A DNA stretch of 64,000 nucleotides from Squalus acanthias (GCA_030390025.1 CM059431.1:105402001-105466000); one strand, 5' to 3'; numbered from the stretch's first letter, positions 1 to 12,187 are shown. Numbers and translations: made by a program. Notes: a model not told the origin generated them from the letters alone.

Positions 1-404
1 TTCAAAATTCTCATCCTTGTTTTCAAATCCCTCCATGGCCTCACCCCTGCCTATCTCTGTAATCTCCTTTAGCCCCACAACCCCCCGAGATAGCTGCACT
101 CCTCTAATCCTGCTCTCTTGAGCATCCCTGATTATAATCGCTGAACCATTGGTGGCCGTGCCTTCTGTTGCCTGGGCCCTAAGCTCTGGAATTCCCTGCC
201 TAAACCTCTCTGCCTCTTCTGCCTCTCTTTTCTCCTTTAAGACGCTCCTTAAAACCTACTTCTTTGACCAAGCTTTTGGTCACCTGCCCTAATATCTCCT
301 TATGTGGCTCGGTGTTAAATTTTTTGTCTTATAATAATCCTGTGAAGCGCCTTGGGACATTTTACTACGTTAAAGGCGCTATATAAATACAAGCTGTTGT
401 CGTT
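1..404 (+). mobile_element. L2-clade LINE 3' fragment
   Basis: Degenerate RT C-terminal coding (FKILILVFKSLHGL...GGRAFCCLGPKLWNSLP) followed by the L2 tail aggcgctatataaatacaag(ttg)n; many copies in the window. Confidence 0.85.
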
Positions 405-656
405 CTGTATTTATATAGTTAGTCATTGGGGAGCAAATTGGTCAACGGCCATAGTGCAAAATGGGCTGATGGCGAATTGGGAGCCCCGATTACACCATGC
501 TTGCTTATTGAAAACAGATTTGCTGATTCACTATCTGGCTATTTTTCTACTGCCGTTGAGCAATTTCACCCCCATTATTTGTAGCGAACACCAATACTTA
601 ATTCAGATTAACTTTTTACCATCAGGCAATCTGATCAAATGGTGCCTGCTGCATCC

Positions 657-1201
657 AGAACATAAGATATAGGAGCAGGAGTCGGCCATTTGGCCCTTCA
701 AGCCTGCTCCAGCATTCAATAAGATCATGGCTGATCTTCTACCTCATCTCCACTTTCCTGCACTATCCCCATATCCCTTGATTCCCTTAATATTCAAAAA
801 TCTATCGATCTCTTGTCTTGAATATACTCAACGACTGAGCCTCCACAGCCCTCTGGGGTAGAAAATTCCAAAGATTCATCACCCTCTGAGTGAAGAAATT
901 TCTCCTCATCTCAGTCCTAAATGGCCGACCTCTTATTCTGAGACTGTGACCCCTGGTTCTAGACTCCCCAGCCAGGGGAAACATCCTCCCTGCATCTACC
1001 CTGTCAAGTCCTGTAAGAATTTTGTAAGTTTCAATGAGATCACCTCTCATTCTTCTAAACTCTAGAAAATATAAGCCCAGTCTACTCAATCTCTCCTCAT
1101 AGGACAATCCCCCCATCCCAGGAACCAGCCTGGTGAACCTTCGTTGCGCTCCCTCTATGTCAAGTATATCCTTCCTTAGGTAAGGAGACCAAAACTGTAC
1201 A
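657..1201 (-). mobile_element. CR1 LINE 3' fragment
   Basis: ORF 802..1248 (CVQFWSPYLRKDI...RRMRGDLIETYKIL...FFTQRVMNLWN) plus CR1 3' hairpin and ttcttatg-type tail. Confidence 0.9.
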
Positions 1202-1528
1202 ATGCAAAGGAAAATGCTCCAGGGACTGTGCCTGCCCACCAGCTGCAAGCTTGCATCTGGCTCACAGTGGAAGTGCTAATGTAAACAGTGCCGAATTATT
1301 TACTCTGATTCCAGTTCCCACCTTCAGCTATTGAATTAAAGCCAAGTGTAAATAGGCGAATTTGGATCATATTGGTGTAAATGACTTAATGCAAATCTTC
1401 TGTCATTTTCAGCTGTGAAACAAACTGGGGGCATGTGGTTCCGGCACATAACTTAATACAATCGACTGCCTGAACTGAATCAAGGCAAAAGGCAATACAA
1501 ATGCTACTAGACAAATACAGCTTGAAAT

Positions 1529-3061
1529 CTTCTCTTCTTCTTAGGCAGTCCCTCGGAGCCGAGGATGACTTGCTTCCATACTAAAAATGAGTTCTCAGGT
1601 GACTGATGAGTCCAATGCGAGACCTTCAGTCTCTGTCACAGGTGGGGCAGATGGTGATTGAAGGGGCAGGTGGGTGGGGTGCTTGGGTTGATGTGCGTTC
1701 CTTCCGCTGTTTGCGCTTGGCTTCCGCTTGCTCCCGGCGAAGAGACTCAAGGGGCTGGATTTTGTCAATGGGGACATGATGGAGGCGGGAATCCCACTTT
1801 TTGGGTTGTAGTCCCGCCTCCATCGACTTGTGGCCAACCCACTGTATTTTTCCTTGATTGACCTTGTTAAGCCCGCCCAGCAGGCTTAGCAGGCCAATCA
1901 AGGGTCCCTTGGATACAGGTGACGTCAGCCATTGAAATTTCATCTGTCAAGAGCTTTTGACAGATGAAATTTCAACGTTTGACAGCTCTGTGAAGCTGTC
2001 AAACACTGACAATATGATTTCTAACTTGAGTCCCTGTACTTAGACTCAGTTAGAAATCAATCCAGCACAGAAAGCAGAGACTGCAGCTTTTGACAGCTCC
2101 GCGGCCATTCTGCTTTCTGTGCCGGTGAGCTGAGGGACTCCCGAGAACTGAAGGAAGGAAGCCTGCAGGACAAAGTTAAGGTAAGTAAAAGTTCTTAAAA
2201 CACTTTACACACACCAAACACACTTGCCTCTGCACTCATGCACCCATCACTCACCTGCACACCGGACATCTCGACCCCTCCAAGCCCTCCAGACAGGCAG
2301 TCCGCCTCACTAAATCGGCGTGGTTCAGACCTGTCGGGAAACCCACACTTCAGGGCTAAAAATAGGGATTAGGCAAAAAACTGCCTGTTAACTAACTGTT
2401 AACTAACTGTTAACAGGCAGTTTATTGGCATTAATCCCCTTCCCGCTTCGGGGAGGCGGGTCCCAGCACAGGTCGGGTACCCGCCTCCTGGGAAACTGGC
2501 ATGGGGGCGGGTTGGGGGCGGGATGGGTTTGGAACCCCCGAATCTGCTATTTTCCCACCACACGCCTCCAAACCCGCCTCCACGGGCCGGTGAAAATTGA
2601 GCCCAAGGTGCTCGGCGCCTTCCCAGATGCTTCTCCTCCACTTTGTGCGGTCTTGGGCCAGGGATTCCCAGGTGTCAGTGGGGATGTTGCACTTTTTCAA
2701 TGAGGCTTTGAGGGTGTCATTGAAGCGTTTCCTCTGCCCACCTGGGGCTCTCTTGCCGTGTTGGAGCTTCGAGTAGAGCGCTTGTTTTGGGAGTCTCGGA
2801 TGGGGCATGCGGATGGTCTACAGAGCAGTAGTGATACCCGCCCTCCTGTATGCTTCAGAGACATGGACCATGTACAGCAGGCACCTCAAAGCACTGGAGA
2901 GGTACCACCAGCGCTGCCTCCGCAAGGTCCTGCAAATCCATTGGCAGGATAGGCGCACCAACGTCAGTGTTCTCGCTCAGGCCAACATCCCCAGCATCGA
3001 AGCTTTGACCACGCTCGATCAGCTCCGATGGACGGGTCACATCGTCCACATGCCCAATACG
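1529..3061 (-). mobile_element. RTE-clade LINE insertion, 5'-truncated with 5' inversion
   Basis: RTE C-terminal peptides in ORFs 2431..2808(-), 1626..1943(-) and 2807..3142(+); (GAA)n-like tail at about 1529-1540; TSD agcttgaaat at 1519-1528 and 3062-3071. Confidence 0.9.
1752..2604. mobile_element. PIF/Harbinger-type MITE (family A) nested in the RTE
   Basis: TIRs gggctggatttt / aaaattgagccc; 3-bp TSD aag (1749-1751, 2605-2607); removal restores the RTE reading frame (…GAEHL-ESLRR…). Confidence 0.85.
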
Positions 3062-3433
3062 AGCTTGAAATGGGGGGTCATTGAAAAGCTCTCTCAAGTA
3101 TCAGGGGCACAATTTTACTTTTCTTTTAAGATTGGAGGTTGAACATGTTTAGCAACATTTGATAAATCAATATTTCATTACCAGTCTCTGTTTAGTTTAT
3201 TTAAATATTTTTTTTAAATGTCCTGTTACTCTCCCTCAAAGGCTGCAGAGGTGTGCTTCGCTGTTTCCCGTTTCAAAGCCTCACACACCAAGCACTGTCT
3301 TGCTGGTGAGCAGATACACTGCCCTCTCCTTTACGTCTACTAACGTTTCTGAATCGTCATAGAATGATAGAATCTCGTAGCCCAGGAAGAGACCAGGTGG
3401 CCCATGGCGCCTGCACTGATATAAATACAAGTT

Positions 3434-3546
3434 CTTACAGCAGTGACTACACTCCAAAAGTACTTCATTGGCTGTAAAGTGCTTTGGGACGTCCAATGGT
3501 CGTGAAAGGCGCTATTGAAATGCAAGTCCTTTCTTTTTTCTTTCTT
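3434..3546 (+). mobile_element. SacSINE1/DeuSINE-type SINE 3' fragment
   Basis: Matches the 3' end of full copies at 19257-19729 and 56519-56987. Confidence 0.8.
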
Positions 3547-3827
3547 TACCAGTTCTCTGAAAGAGCTATCCGCTTAGTTCCATTCCCATGTCCTTCATCA
3601 TTTATTTTATTTTTTCAAATGTTCGTCCTATTCCCTATTAAAAGCTATTATGGATTCTGCTTCCAGCAGTGTTTCTGGTCAGGCATTCCATGTCCTAACA
3701 ACCCTCTGTTTAAATAAAGTCTGAATCTCTCCCCTTCATTCTTTTGGTGGCGACTTTCATTGACCAGTGGAATTAGTTTGCTGTATTTGCCTCTTCCAAA
3801 ATCCCGCATCATTTTGAACACTTCTCA

Positions 3828-4268
3828 TAGAACAATGGAATAGCACAGCACCGAAGGAGGCCATTCGGCCCATCGAGTCTGCGCCGGCTCTTTCAAAGAG
3901 CGATCCAGTTAGTCCCACTCCCCCCGCTCTTTCCCCATATCCCTGCATTTTTTTCTCCTTCAAGTATTTATCCAATTCCCTTTTGAAGGCTGCTATTGAA
4001 TCTGTATCCACCACCCTATCAGGCAGTACATTCCAAATCCTAACCACTCGTTGCGTAATTTTTTTTTCCTCGTGTCGCCTCTGGTTCTTTTGCCAATCAC
4101 CTTAAATCTGTGCCCTCTCGTCATTGAGCCTTCAGCCATTGGAAACAGTTTCTCTTTGTTTACTCGATCTAAACCCTTCATGATTTTGAACACCTCTATC
4201 GAATCTCCTCTGAGCCTTCTCTGCTCCAAGGAGAACAACCCCAGCTTCTCCAGTCTATCCGCGTAACT
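3828..4268 (-). mobile_element. CR1 LINE 3' fragment
   Basis: ORFs 3993..4238 and 3757..4047 (FSLEQRRLRGDSIEVFKIM; VRIWNVLP). Confidence 0.85.
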
Positions 4269-4830
4269 GTATCCCCTTCTATCAGATATCTTCTTAACCT
4301 TACCTGTTCTACTGAAAAGAGCCCCTCTAATCTCAACTCATATTTAAAGCCTCTCATCCCTAGTATCATCTTAATAAATCTCTTGTGTACTCTCTCCATG
4401 GCCTGACCATCCTTCCGAGAGTAGGGTGCCTAAAACCTGACATGAAGCAGCAGATTTTCTCTCTTTAGTGCTTGAGTGTAATGTATTGGTTGAATGGAGC
4501 ACAAAGAGGAACATCAGATGAGGCGCCTTTAATACAGCTAACACCATTTTCTATCCATTTAAAATAATGGATAAAAAATCAGGTGGTACCATTAAGCGTG
4601 CACAATCCTCCTCCCAACCCAATGTTCCTCTGTGTGCTCCACCCAGGCAATGTGTCACACCCATGTGCCACATAGGAAAATCCATCCCAATATTCTAACT
4701 ATGACCTAACCAACGATTTAGCTCTTTGCTTTTGTATCTACACCCCAATTTATAAATCCTAGGATCCCATATGCTTCTTCCCCCCACCCCCCCCCCCAAA
4801 CAGATTTATCAACTTCCTTCTGGATATTAA

Positions 4831-5597
4831 GGGGGTAATTTTAACCTAAACCCCCGGGAGGGAATCCCACAGGATCGGTGGAGCGCTGGTTTCACACCCC
4901 GCCCAAATTTGCTCACCATTGACTTCAACAGAAGGTGTAAACCCAGCGTTGCACCCGAACCCCTCAGTTTCATAGGATCATAGGAGCAGGAGGAGGCCAT
5001 TCAGCCTCTCGAGCCTGCTCCGCCATTCAATGAGATCATGGCTTGACATGTGACCTAACTCCATATACCTGCCTTTGCCCTATATCCCTTAATACCTTTG
5101 GTTAACAGAAATCTTTCAATCTCAGATTTAAAATTAACTATTGACCGAGCATCAACTGCCTGGTGAAGAGAGTTCCAAACTTCTAAGTCGCTTTGGTCCT
5201 TCACTGTTTCTAGCTTTTCACCATTTAGAAAGTACTCTGACCTATCATTTTTTGACCTCACACTTGCCTACTTTGAAATCCATTTGCCATAGTTTTTCCC
5301 ATTTACTTAATCCATTAATATCTCTTTGCAATGTTGTGCTTCCATCTACACTGCCTACAATGCCACCTATCTTTGCGTCTTTGGCAAATTTGGATATGTG
5401 GCTTTTAATCCCGTCATCTAAGTTGTTAATAAATACAGTGAATAGTTGAGGCCTCAACACAGATCCCTGCGTGACACCACGAGTCACCTCCTGCCAATTT
5501 GAATACCTGCCCATTATCCCTACTCTCTGTCCCCTGCCTCAATCTCCTAACCAGCTCAATAATTTCCCGCTGGCCGAGTTAGGTTAAAATTGCCCCC
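4831..5597. mobile_element. MITE interrupted by a minus-strand CR1 fragment (about 4971-5560)
   Basis: TIRs gggggtaattttaaccta / taggttaaaattgccccc; internal CR1 RT peptide (VTRGVTQGSVLRPQLFTVFINNLDDG...SKFAKDAKIGG). Confidence 0.75.
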
Positions 5598-5924
5598 TTT
5601 CATATTCTGGCCATCTTGCCTTGAGGACTGTGCTGATGTAATGTTTGCAGCAGCACCATGAAGGTTCAGAAATGGCACTTAACTTTCCAAATATCACTTT
5701 CCTTGTTTTGTGCACTTCTGTGATTCTGGGTTCTGAAAATGCAAATTTTAGCTCTTCTTTCAATGAAAAAGTCCACTTCAGAGTCTATTTCATGAAACTC
5801 CTTTGTGCTTTGCATTTATCGCTCTCTATTTTCAAGCAGATGCAAATACATTTCATTGTCTTCCTTGTGCCATTCGACAAACTAGGGTTGGAAAGCTTAA
5901 TTCCTGTTGGAGATTATTATACAC

Positions 5925-6805
5925 TCATTCAGAAAACTCCTCAAATAATGAAGCAGTCCTTGCCTGCATGCAACAAGACCTGGACAATGTTCAGGCTTGG
6001 GTTGATAAGTGGCAGGTAACATTCGCGCACAGAAGTGCCAGGCAATGACTATCTCCAAAAAGCGAGAGTCTAACCTCCTCCTCTTGACATTCAACGGCAT
6101 TACCATCGCCGAATCCCCCACCATCAACAACCTGGGGGGTCACCATTGACCAGAAACTTAACTGGACCAGCCACATAAATACAATGGCAACAAGTGCAGG
6201 TCAGAGGCTGGGTATTCTGCGGCGAGTGTCTCACCTCCTGACTCCCCAAAGCCTTTCCACCATCTACAAGGCACAAGTAAGGAATGTGACGGAATACTCT
6301 CCACTTGCCTGGATGAGTAAAGCTCCAACAACACTCAAGAAGCTCGACACCATCCAGGACAAAGCAGCCCGCTTGATTGGCACCCCATCTTCCACCTTAA
6401 ACATTCACTCCCTCCACCACCGGCGCACCGTGGCTGCAGTGTGTACCATCTACAAGATGCACTGCAGCAACTCACCAAGGCTTCTTCGGCAGCACCTCCC
6501 AAACCCGCGACCTCTGCCACCTAGAAGGACAAGGGCAGCAGGTGCATGTGAACACCACCACCTCCAAGTTCCCCTCCAAGTCAGACACCATCCTGACTTA
6601 GAAGTATATTGCCAATCCTTCATCGTCGCTGGGTCAAAATCCTGGAACTCCCTACCGAACAGCATTGTGGGAGTACCTTCACCACACGGACTGCAGCAGT
6701 TCAAGAAGGCGGCTCACCACCACCTTCTCGAGGGCAATTAGGGATGGGCAATAAATGTTGGCCTCGCCAACAACGCCCACATCCCATAAACAAATTTAAA
6801 AAAAG
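5925..6805 (+). mobile_element. CR1-group LINE, second family (family B), 3' fragment
   Basis: ORFs 5803..6048 and 6184..6741 (QQDLDNVQAWVDKWQVTF; GQRLGILRRVSHLLTPQSLSTIYKAQVR); tail gggcaattagggatgggcaataaatg...cccacatccca-A-rich. Confidence 0.85.
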
Positions 6806-6814
6806 ACTCTGAAA

Positions 6815-7635
6815 GAAGGTCTGAGGTTTCAACACAGATAAATGTGAGGTATTACATGTTGGTAGGAGGAATAGGGTGGTCACTTATTACTTGGAGGGTG
6901 TGGGTCTGGGTGGGGTAGAGGATCAAAGGGAGTGCAAATGCACAAATCACTAAAAGTTGCGACACAGGTTAACAAGGCCATAAAAAAGGCAAACCAAGCA
7001 CTAGGGTTTATTTCTAGAGGTATAGAATTGAAAAGTAGGGAAGTTATGCTAAACCTGTATTGAACCTTGGTTAGACCACACTTAGAGTATTGCGTACAGT
7101 TCTGGTCGCCATATTATAAAAAGGATATAGAGGCACTGGAGAGGGTGCAGAGAAGATTTACAAGGATGATACCAGAAATACGAGGGTATACCTATCAGGA
7201 AAGGATGAACAGGCTGGGTTGCTTCTCTCTTGAAAAAAGAAGTCTGAGGGGTGACCTAATAGAGGTCTTTAAAATTATGAAAGGTTTTGATAGAGTGGAT
7301 ACAGAGAGAATGTTTCCACTTGTGGGGAAGAGCAAAACTAGAGGCCATCAATATAAGATAGTCAACAAGAAATCCAATAGGGATTTCAGAAGAAACTTCT
7401 TTACCCAGAGCGTGGTGAGAATGTGGAGCTCGCTACCACAGGGAGTGGTTGAAGCGAATAGCATAGATGCATTTAAGGGGAGGCTGGACAAGCATATGAG
7501 GGAGAAGGGAATAGAGGGTTATGCTGATAGATTTAGATGAGGAAAGACGGGAGGAGGCTCGACTGGAGCATAAATGCCAGCATGGACTGGTTGTGCTGAA
7601 TGGCCAGTTTCTGTGTCGTATATCCTATGTAATCC
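6815..7635 (+). mobile_element. CR1 LINE 3' fragment
   Basis: ORF 7067..7540 (VRPHLEYCVQFWSPYYKKDIEALERVQRRFTRMIP). Confidence 0.9.
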
Positions 7636-7989
7636 TGTCTTATATAAAACAAATATTCATTACAAGAACTCGTTCCTGCTAATAAAAACAGATGCTGAAT
7701 AACTTGCAAGTCTATTCAGGAGAAACTTCTTTACCCAGAGAGTGGTTGGAATGTATAACTTGCTGCACATGGAGTGGTTGAGGCGGATAGCATAGATCTA
7801 TTTAGGTGGAAGCTGGATAAGTACATGCAAAAGGATAGAAGGTTATGCTGATAAGGCGAGATGAAGTATGAGAAGAAGAGGCTCCTGTAGAGCATAAACA
7901 CCGGCATAGACCGGTTGGGCCGAATGGCCTCTTTCTGTGCTGTAAATTCGATGTACTCAATGCATTTATTGATACAATACCAGTCCCCA

Positions 7990-8985
7990 ACAAGTAGGCG
8001 GTCTTTGTGATGGAGAGGATATGGATTCAGAAGCTGAGCTCAGCTCAGGGTCCAATAGGACTCGTCGCGGTAACGAACAGTCTGCTTCAGCCTGAGACCA
8101 TGGCCAGTGAGGGGGATGGAATCGGTGGCTAAGGAATGGAGTTTGTGGCGGGGACCGAAGACATTGGCTGTAATTTGCGGCCCTTACGGGTGCGTACGAG
8201 GTGTGTACGCGCCCGCAAGGGCCGCGCAAGGTCCGGGTTTAGGCATGCGCTAAAACCCGGACCTTGCGATCTGTCAAGAATTTTCTTGACAGATCATTCG
8301 CATCCCCAGGAAAAGGGCATCTGTGGGCGGAGAGTGGCGCTATTTGCCCAACCTCTGCCCAATGAATGGCCGTGAAATTCTTACGCCTGGTAAAAGCAGG
8401 AGTAAGGCCTGCTTTTACAAGTGTAAGAGTTTAAAAAACAGAAAAATAAAATGTTATCATTAATTTATACATTTAAAAACCTGTGAAATAAGGTAAGTTT
8501 ATTTTTAGCCCCTTTAAAACATGTAAATTTATTTTTCAAAAAATTAAATTTTTGTTTTAAATATTTAATTAAGTGCCATTTTAATTGATTTTAAATATGT
8601 GATTTATTTTTTATTTATTTGAAGTGCAGAGGTATTTTTGGGGTATTCCCATTCGTGCTTATGGAGTTTCTGTAGGTACGGAATCCCCATAAGCATGAAT
8701 GGGGATTCCCTTCTGTCATTCGTTGGGCCGGCCCACATGATCCCGGGGTGCTTGTGGGTACACGTAGAGTCCCAGGACCGCGAGTCTCCGTACCTCCCGG
8801 ATCACCAGGTCAGCGCGGATTTTATTTGCGGATCGGAGGCATTTCCCCGCGGGCAACCTCCAACTGCAAATTCAGGGCCAATGGCTTCAGTCACCCCTTT
8901 ATTTATTTGGAGGAAATTTTGACTCATCCAGGACTGGATGTCGGACAAGCAGCGTGACAACATAGAGGCAGTGGAGGGGTCGAAC
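7990..8985 (-). mobile_element. L2 RT-region fragment split by a MITE
   Basis: Peptide CLSDIQSWMSQNFLQINKGVTEAI continues as VFGP across the MITE at 8166-8879. Confidence 0.7.
8166..8879. mobile_element. Harbinger-type MITE (family B)
   Basis: TIRs ggctgtaatttgcg / tgcaaattcagggcc; flanks att/aat; AT-rich centre; colinear with 57394-58148. Confidence 0.8.
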
Positions 8986-9006
8986 AAGATAGCAATATTC
9001 CTTTGT

Positions 9007-9012
9007 GTCAGG

Positions 9013-9045
<33 letters not shown>

Positions 9046-9546
9046 CCAAAAGGTTGTGGGTTCAAGTCCCACTCCAGGAGACTTAAGTACAAAAATTCTA
9101 GGCTGACACTGCAGTGCTGAGGGAATGCTGCACTGTTGGAGGTCTTTCAGCTGAGATGTTAAACCGAGGTTCTGTCTGCCCTTTCAGGTGGACGTAAAAG
9201 ATCCCATGGCACTATTTTGAAGATGAGCAGGGGAGTTCTCCCCAGTGTCTTAGCCAATATTTATCCCTCAATCAACATCTAAAATAGATTAACGTTAACT
9301 CTGTTTCTCTCTCCACGGATGCTGCCTGGCTTGCTGAGTTTTTCCAGCGTTTTCTGTTGTTATTTCTAAAATAGATTATCTGGTCATTGTCGCATTGCTG
9401 TTTGTGAGAGCTTGCTGTATGCAAATTGGCTGCCGTGTTTCCTACATTACAACAGTGACTACACTTCAAAAGTATTTCATTGGCTGTAAAGCGCTTTGGG
9501 ACGTCCTGAGGTCATGAAAGGCACTGTAGAAATGCAAGTCTTTCTT
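9007..9546 (+). mobile_element. SacSINE1/DeuSINE-type tRNA-derived SINE with internal Penelope-type insert
   Basis: A box tggctcagtggg, B box ggttcaagtcc, central Deu-like domain, L2-like tail. Confidence 0.85.
9292..9364 (+). mobile_element. Penelope-type terminal fragment
   Basis: Matches 59969-60041; flanked by 14-bp duplication tctaaaatagatta (9278-9291, 9365-9378). Confidence 0.75.
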
Positions 9547-10113
9547 TTGTTTTTCTTTTTGTAGTTCACCTTCTGTAAGATCCTGTTTCATCTTGTGTCT
9601 CCAATCCCATATGTTGCATTGTCACCTGAAGTTCGAGCTGCATTTAAAAAGGATACTAAATGGGGGGTAGGGGGGCAGAGGCAATAATTACAGGGAATAA
9701 TTTAGGCTCAGGGTTCACGGATGTTAACTTGCTCTGAGGTTTGAACAGACACAAGCATTAATTAATGCCTAAAGATGCAGTTATTCAGTTAGCCTGAATA
9801 GTGTTGGCCTTTATGCTCATATTCTTAAAATTGTTCCTGGGTGTGAACAAGTGTGACATACATTAGCAACTGACCCAGTGTTAATGTTTTTTTGGTCGTT
9901 AAGTGCTTTTTAAGCAGTATTTAACGTGGAACGTGCAAATTTACTCAGGCTTTATCTGATTCTCAATTTGCAATAATTTATGCAATTGAAACTGACATTG
10001 GAGCACCACAGGGAAGAAGCAAGATTCAGTAGGTGAGCAGAGCAGGAGAGAGCTTAACCGACTAGTCAAAGAAGAGTCTTTCAGTGAACACAGCAGCATG
10101 ATTATAGAATCAA

Positions 10114-11165
10114 GGGCTAGAAATTCATTATAGCCCAGGAATGGGTGGTATCTTTAGAAAAGTTTGAGAATTAGCGCCAGGCGCTAATGGCTGAGACGGC
10201 ACGCAAAATTCATTCTCACTGCTCAAAGAAATTATTGGGGCGCTAAATCAAGTCTTAAAGGCCGAGCTCATTAGTGCTACACTCAAAGGGTGGACCAATA
10301 TCGGGTGCAGTCTAATCGCAACTCATCGCTGCCACAGGCTTTTCCCAGTACTTAAAGGGGAGGTTCATTGATGCTGCAGCACCTCATTCTCAGCATTGCT
10401 GGCTGTGCAGCTGCCTCAGCGAGGAGAAGCACAACAAGGAGAAGGAGCCAGAGGACTGAAGCAGGTGTGCTCATGACAGATCCACCTCAGTCGGGTGGTC
10501 AGGGTGAGTGAATGCTTCAACAAATGCCACATACCACCATCTGTACCACAAGCTTCACACACTGTCCAAAGCAACACACCACACACAAGGGGTGGGGGCG
10601 GATTTGCTGTGCGGCGCTGGATTCACCTTGCCCCGACGCTGCTGCATTTTTCCACCCAAGTTTCTTACGAGACACTTTGGTGGAGAGGGTTAGTGGTCTC
10701 CTCGAGCTTTGAGGGCATAGAGGCAGCCCTTCAGAACACTCTAATACCCAAGTCAGTAGGTGCATCGCTATCATGCCACCTACTTAGACCTGAACATTCG
10801 TGGATAGAGAGGCTGTGGCCTGAACAGGTCTTTGGTGCCAGACTTCGCACCAGCTCCCGGAAATGGAGCTGCACTCATGCTGCAACATCTGGAAAACACT
10901 CTTAATGGATGTGAAAGTGAGCACCATACTCAACTTGTATGCCATTGAGTGCTTCCAGCCACTGACAGGCCGGTTCACTCGGATCAGCAGTACACAGCTC
11001 TCCATTGCATGGCTCAGGTACGGAATGCCCTATTTTGCCACGTCTCAGCACCCATCAATTTCCATACCACCAACTGAAGAGGCAGGTCCACTTTTGCCAG
11101 TTATATGGCATTGCCCAACTTACAAAGTGGCTTCGATTGCACTTATATTCGATTGCACTTCGATT
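10114..11165 (+). mobile_element. Decayed Harbinger DNA transposon
   Basis: gggctagaaattc terminus at about 10114; transposase remnant downstream; no right TIR seen (a SINE follows). Confidence 0.6.
10860..11150 (+). pseudogene. Harbinger (HARBI1-like) DDE transposase remnant
   Basis: Frameshifted peptides VKVSTILNLYAIECFQ...RISS and CMAQVRNALF...PINF...LPNLQSGFDCTYI resemble the HARBI-family HTH region and GAIDCTH motif. Confidence 0.65.
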
Positions 11166-11169
11166 GCCA

Positions 11170-11396
11170 GGTGTCCTGGCCAATAGTTATCCCTCAATCC
11201 ACATAACAAAAACAGATTATCTGGCCATTATCACATTGCTGTTTGTGGGAGCTTGCTGTGCGCAAATTGGCTGCCGCATTTCCCACATTACAACAGTGAC
11301 TCCACTCCAAAAGTACTTCATTGGCTGCAAAGCGCTTTGGGACGTCCGGTGGTCGTGAAAGGCGCTATATAAATGCAAGTCTTTCTTTCTTTCTTT
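11170..11396 (+). mobile_element. SacSINE1-type SINE 3' half
   Basis: Identity to other copies; tail gcaagtctttctttc. Confidence 0.85.
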
Positions 11397-11691
11397 ATAT
11401 CACCAGTCCTGCAGTTGTAAGCAGTCTTTCACTTTTACGACAGAAAGGATTGCTGATCTTTCTGATAATATACGAACACCGACAAAGAGTTACTACTCAT
11501 TGTCCAAGAAACGCTGTGCGATGGACATAGTTTCAGGGAACTGAGGGTTGCTCCCCCATTCGAGGGAGGACAGAATGCAAGGTTAGTCTCTGGGAGACGA
11601 TTATCTGCTCCAACATGGCTGATGCCACTTTTGTGAAGTCCAACAGCCCACAAGAAGGAGCCTAGAATGATGCACGTTCATAAAGGATAAG

Positions 11692-12187
11692 CAACAACAA
11701 CAACAAGCATTTATAAAGTGCCGTTAACATAGTAAAACGTCCCAAGGCACTTCACAGGAGTGTTTTCAGACAAAATTTGACACCGAGCCATATAAAGAGG
11801 TATTAGGACAGGTGATTGAAAGCTTGGTCAAAGAGGTAGGTTTTAAGGCGTGACTTAAAGGAGGAGAGAGGGAGAGAGAGAGGTTTAGGGAGGGAATTCC
11901 AGAGCTTAGGGCCGAGGCAGCTGAAAGCACGGCCGCCAATGGTGGGGCGATGGAAATCAGGAATACGCATGAAGCCAGAATTGGAGGAGCACAGATATCG
12001 CGGAGGGTTACAGGGTTGGAGGAGATTACAGAGATAGGGAGGGAGGCGAGGCCATGGAGGGGTTTGAACACAAGGATGAGAATTTTTAAATCGAGGTGTT
12101 GCCATACCGGGAGCCAATGTAGGTCAGCGAGCACAGGGGTGATGGGTGAACGGGACTTGGTGTGAGTTAGGATACGGGGCAGCAGAG
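11692..12187 (-). mobile_element. L2 LINE 3' fragment
   Basis: ORFs 11766..12134 and 11803..12117 (LADLHWLPV; GGRAFSCLGPKLWNSLP); (caa)n tail. Confidence 0.9.

Noticed and set aside
3281..3410. Apparent minus-strand exon RHGPPGLFLGYEILSF...
   Set aside because: Overlaps a decayed CR1 tail (catagaatgatagaatc...ggccca)
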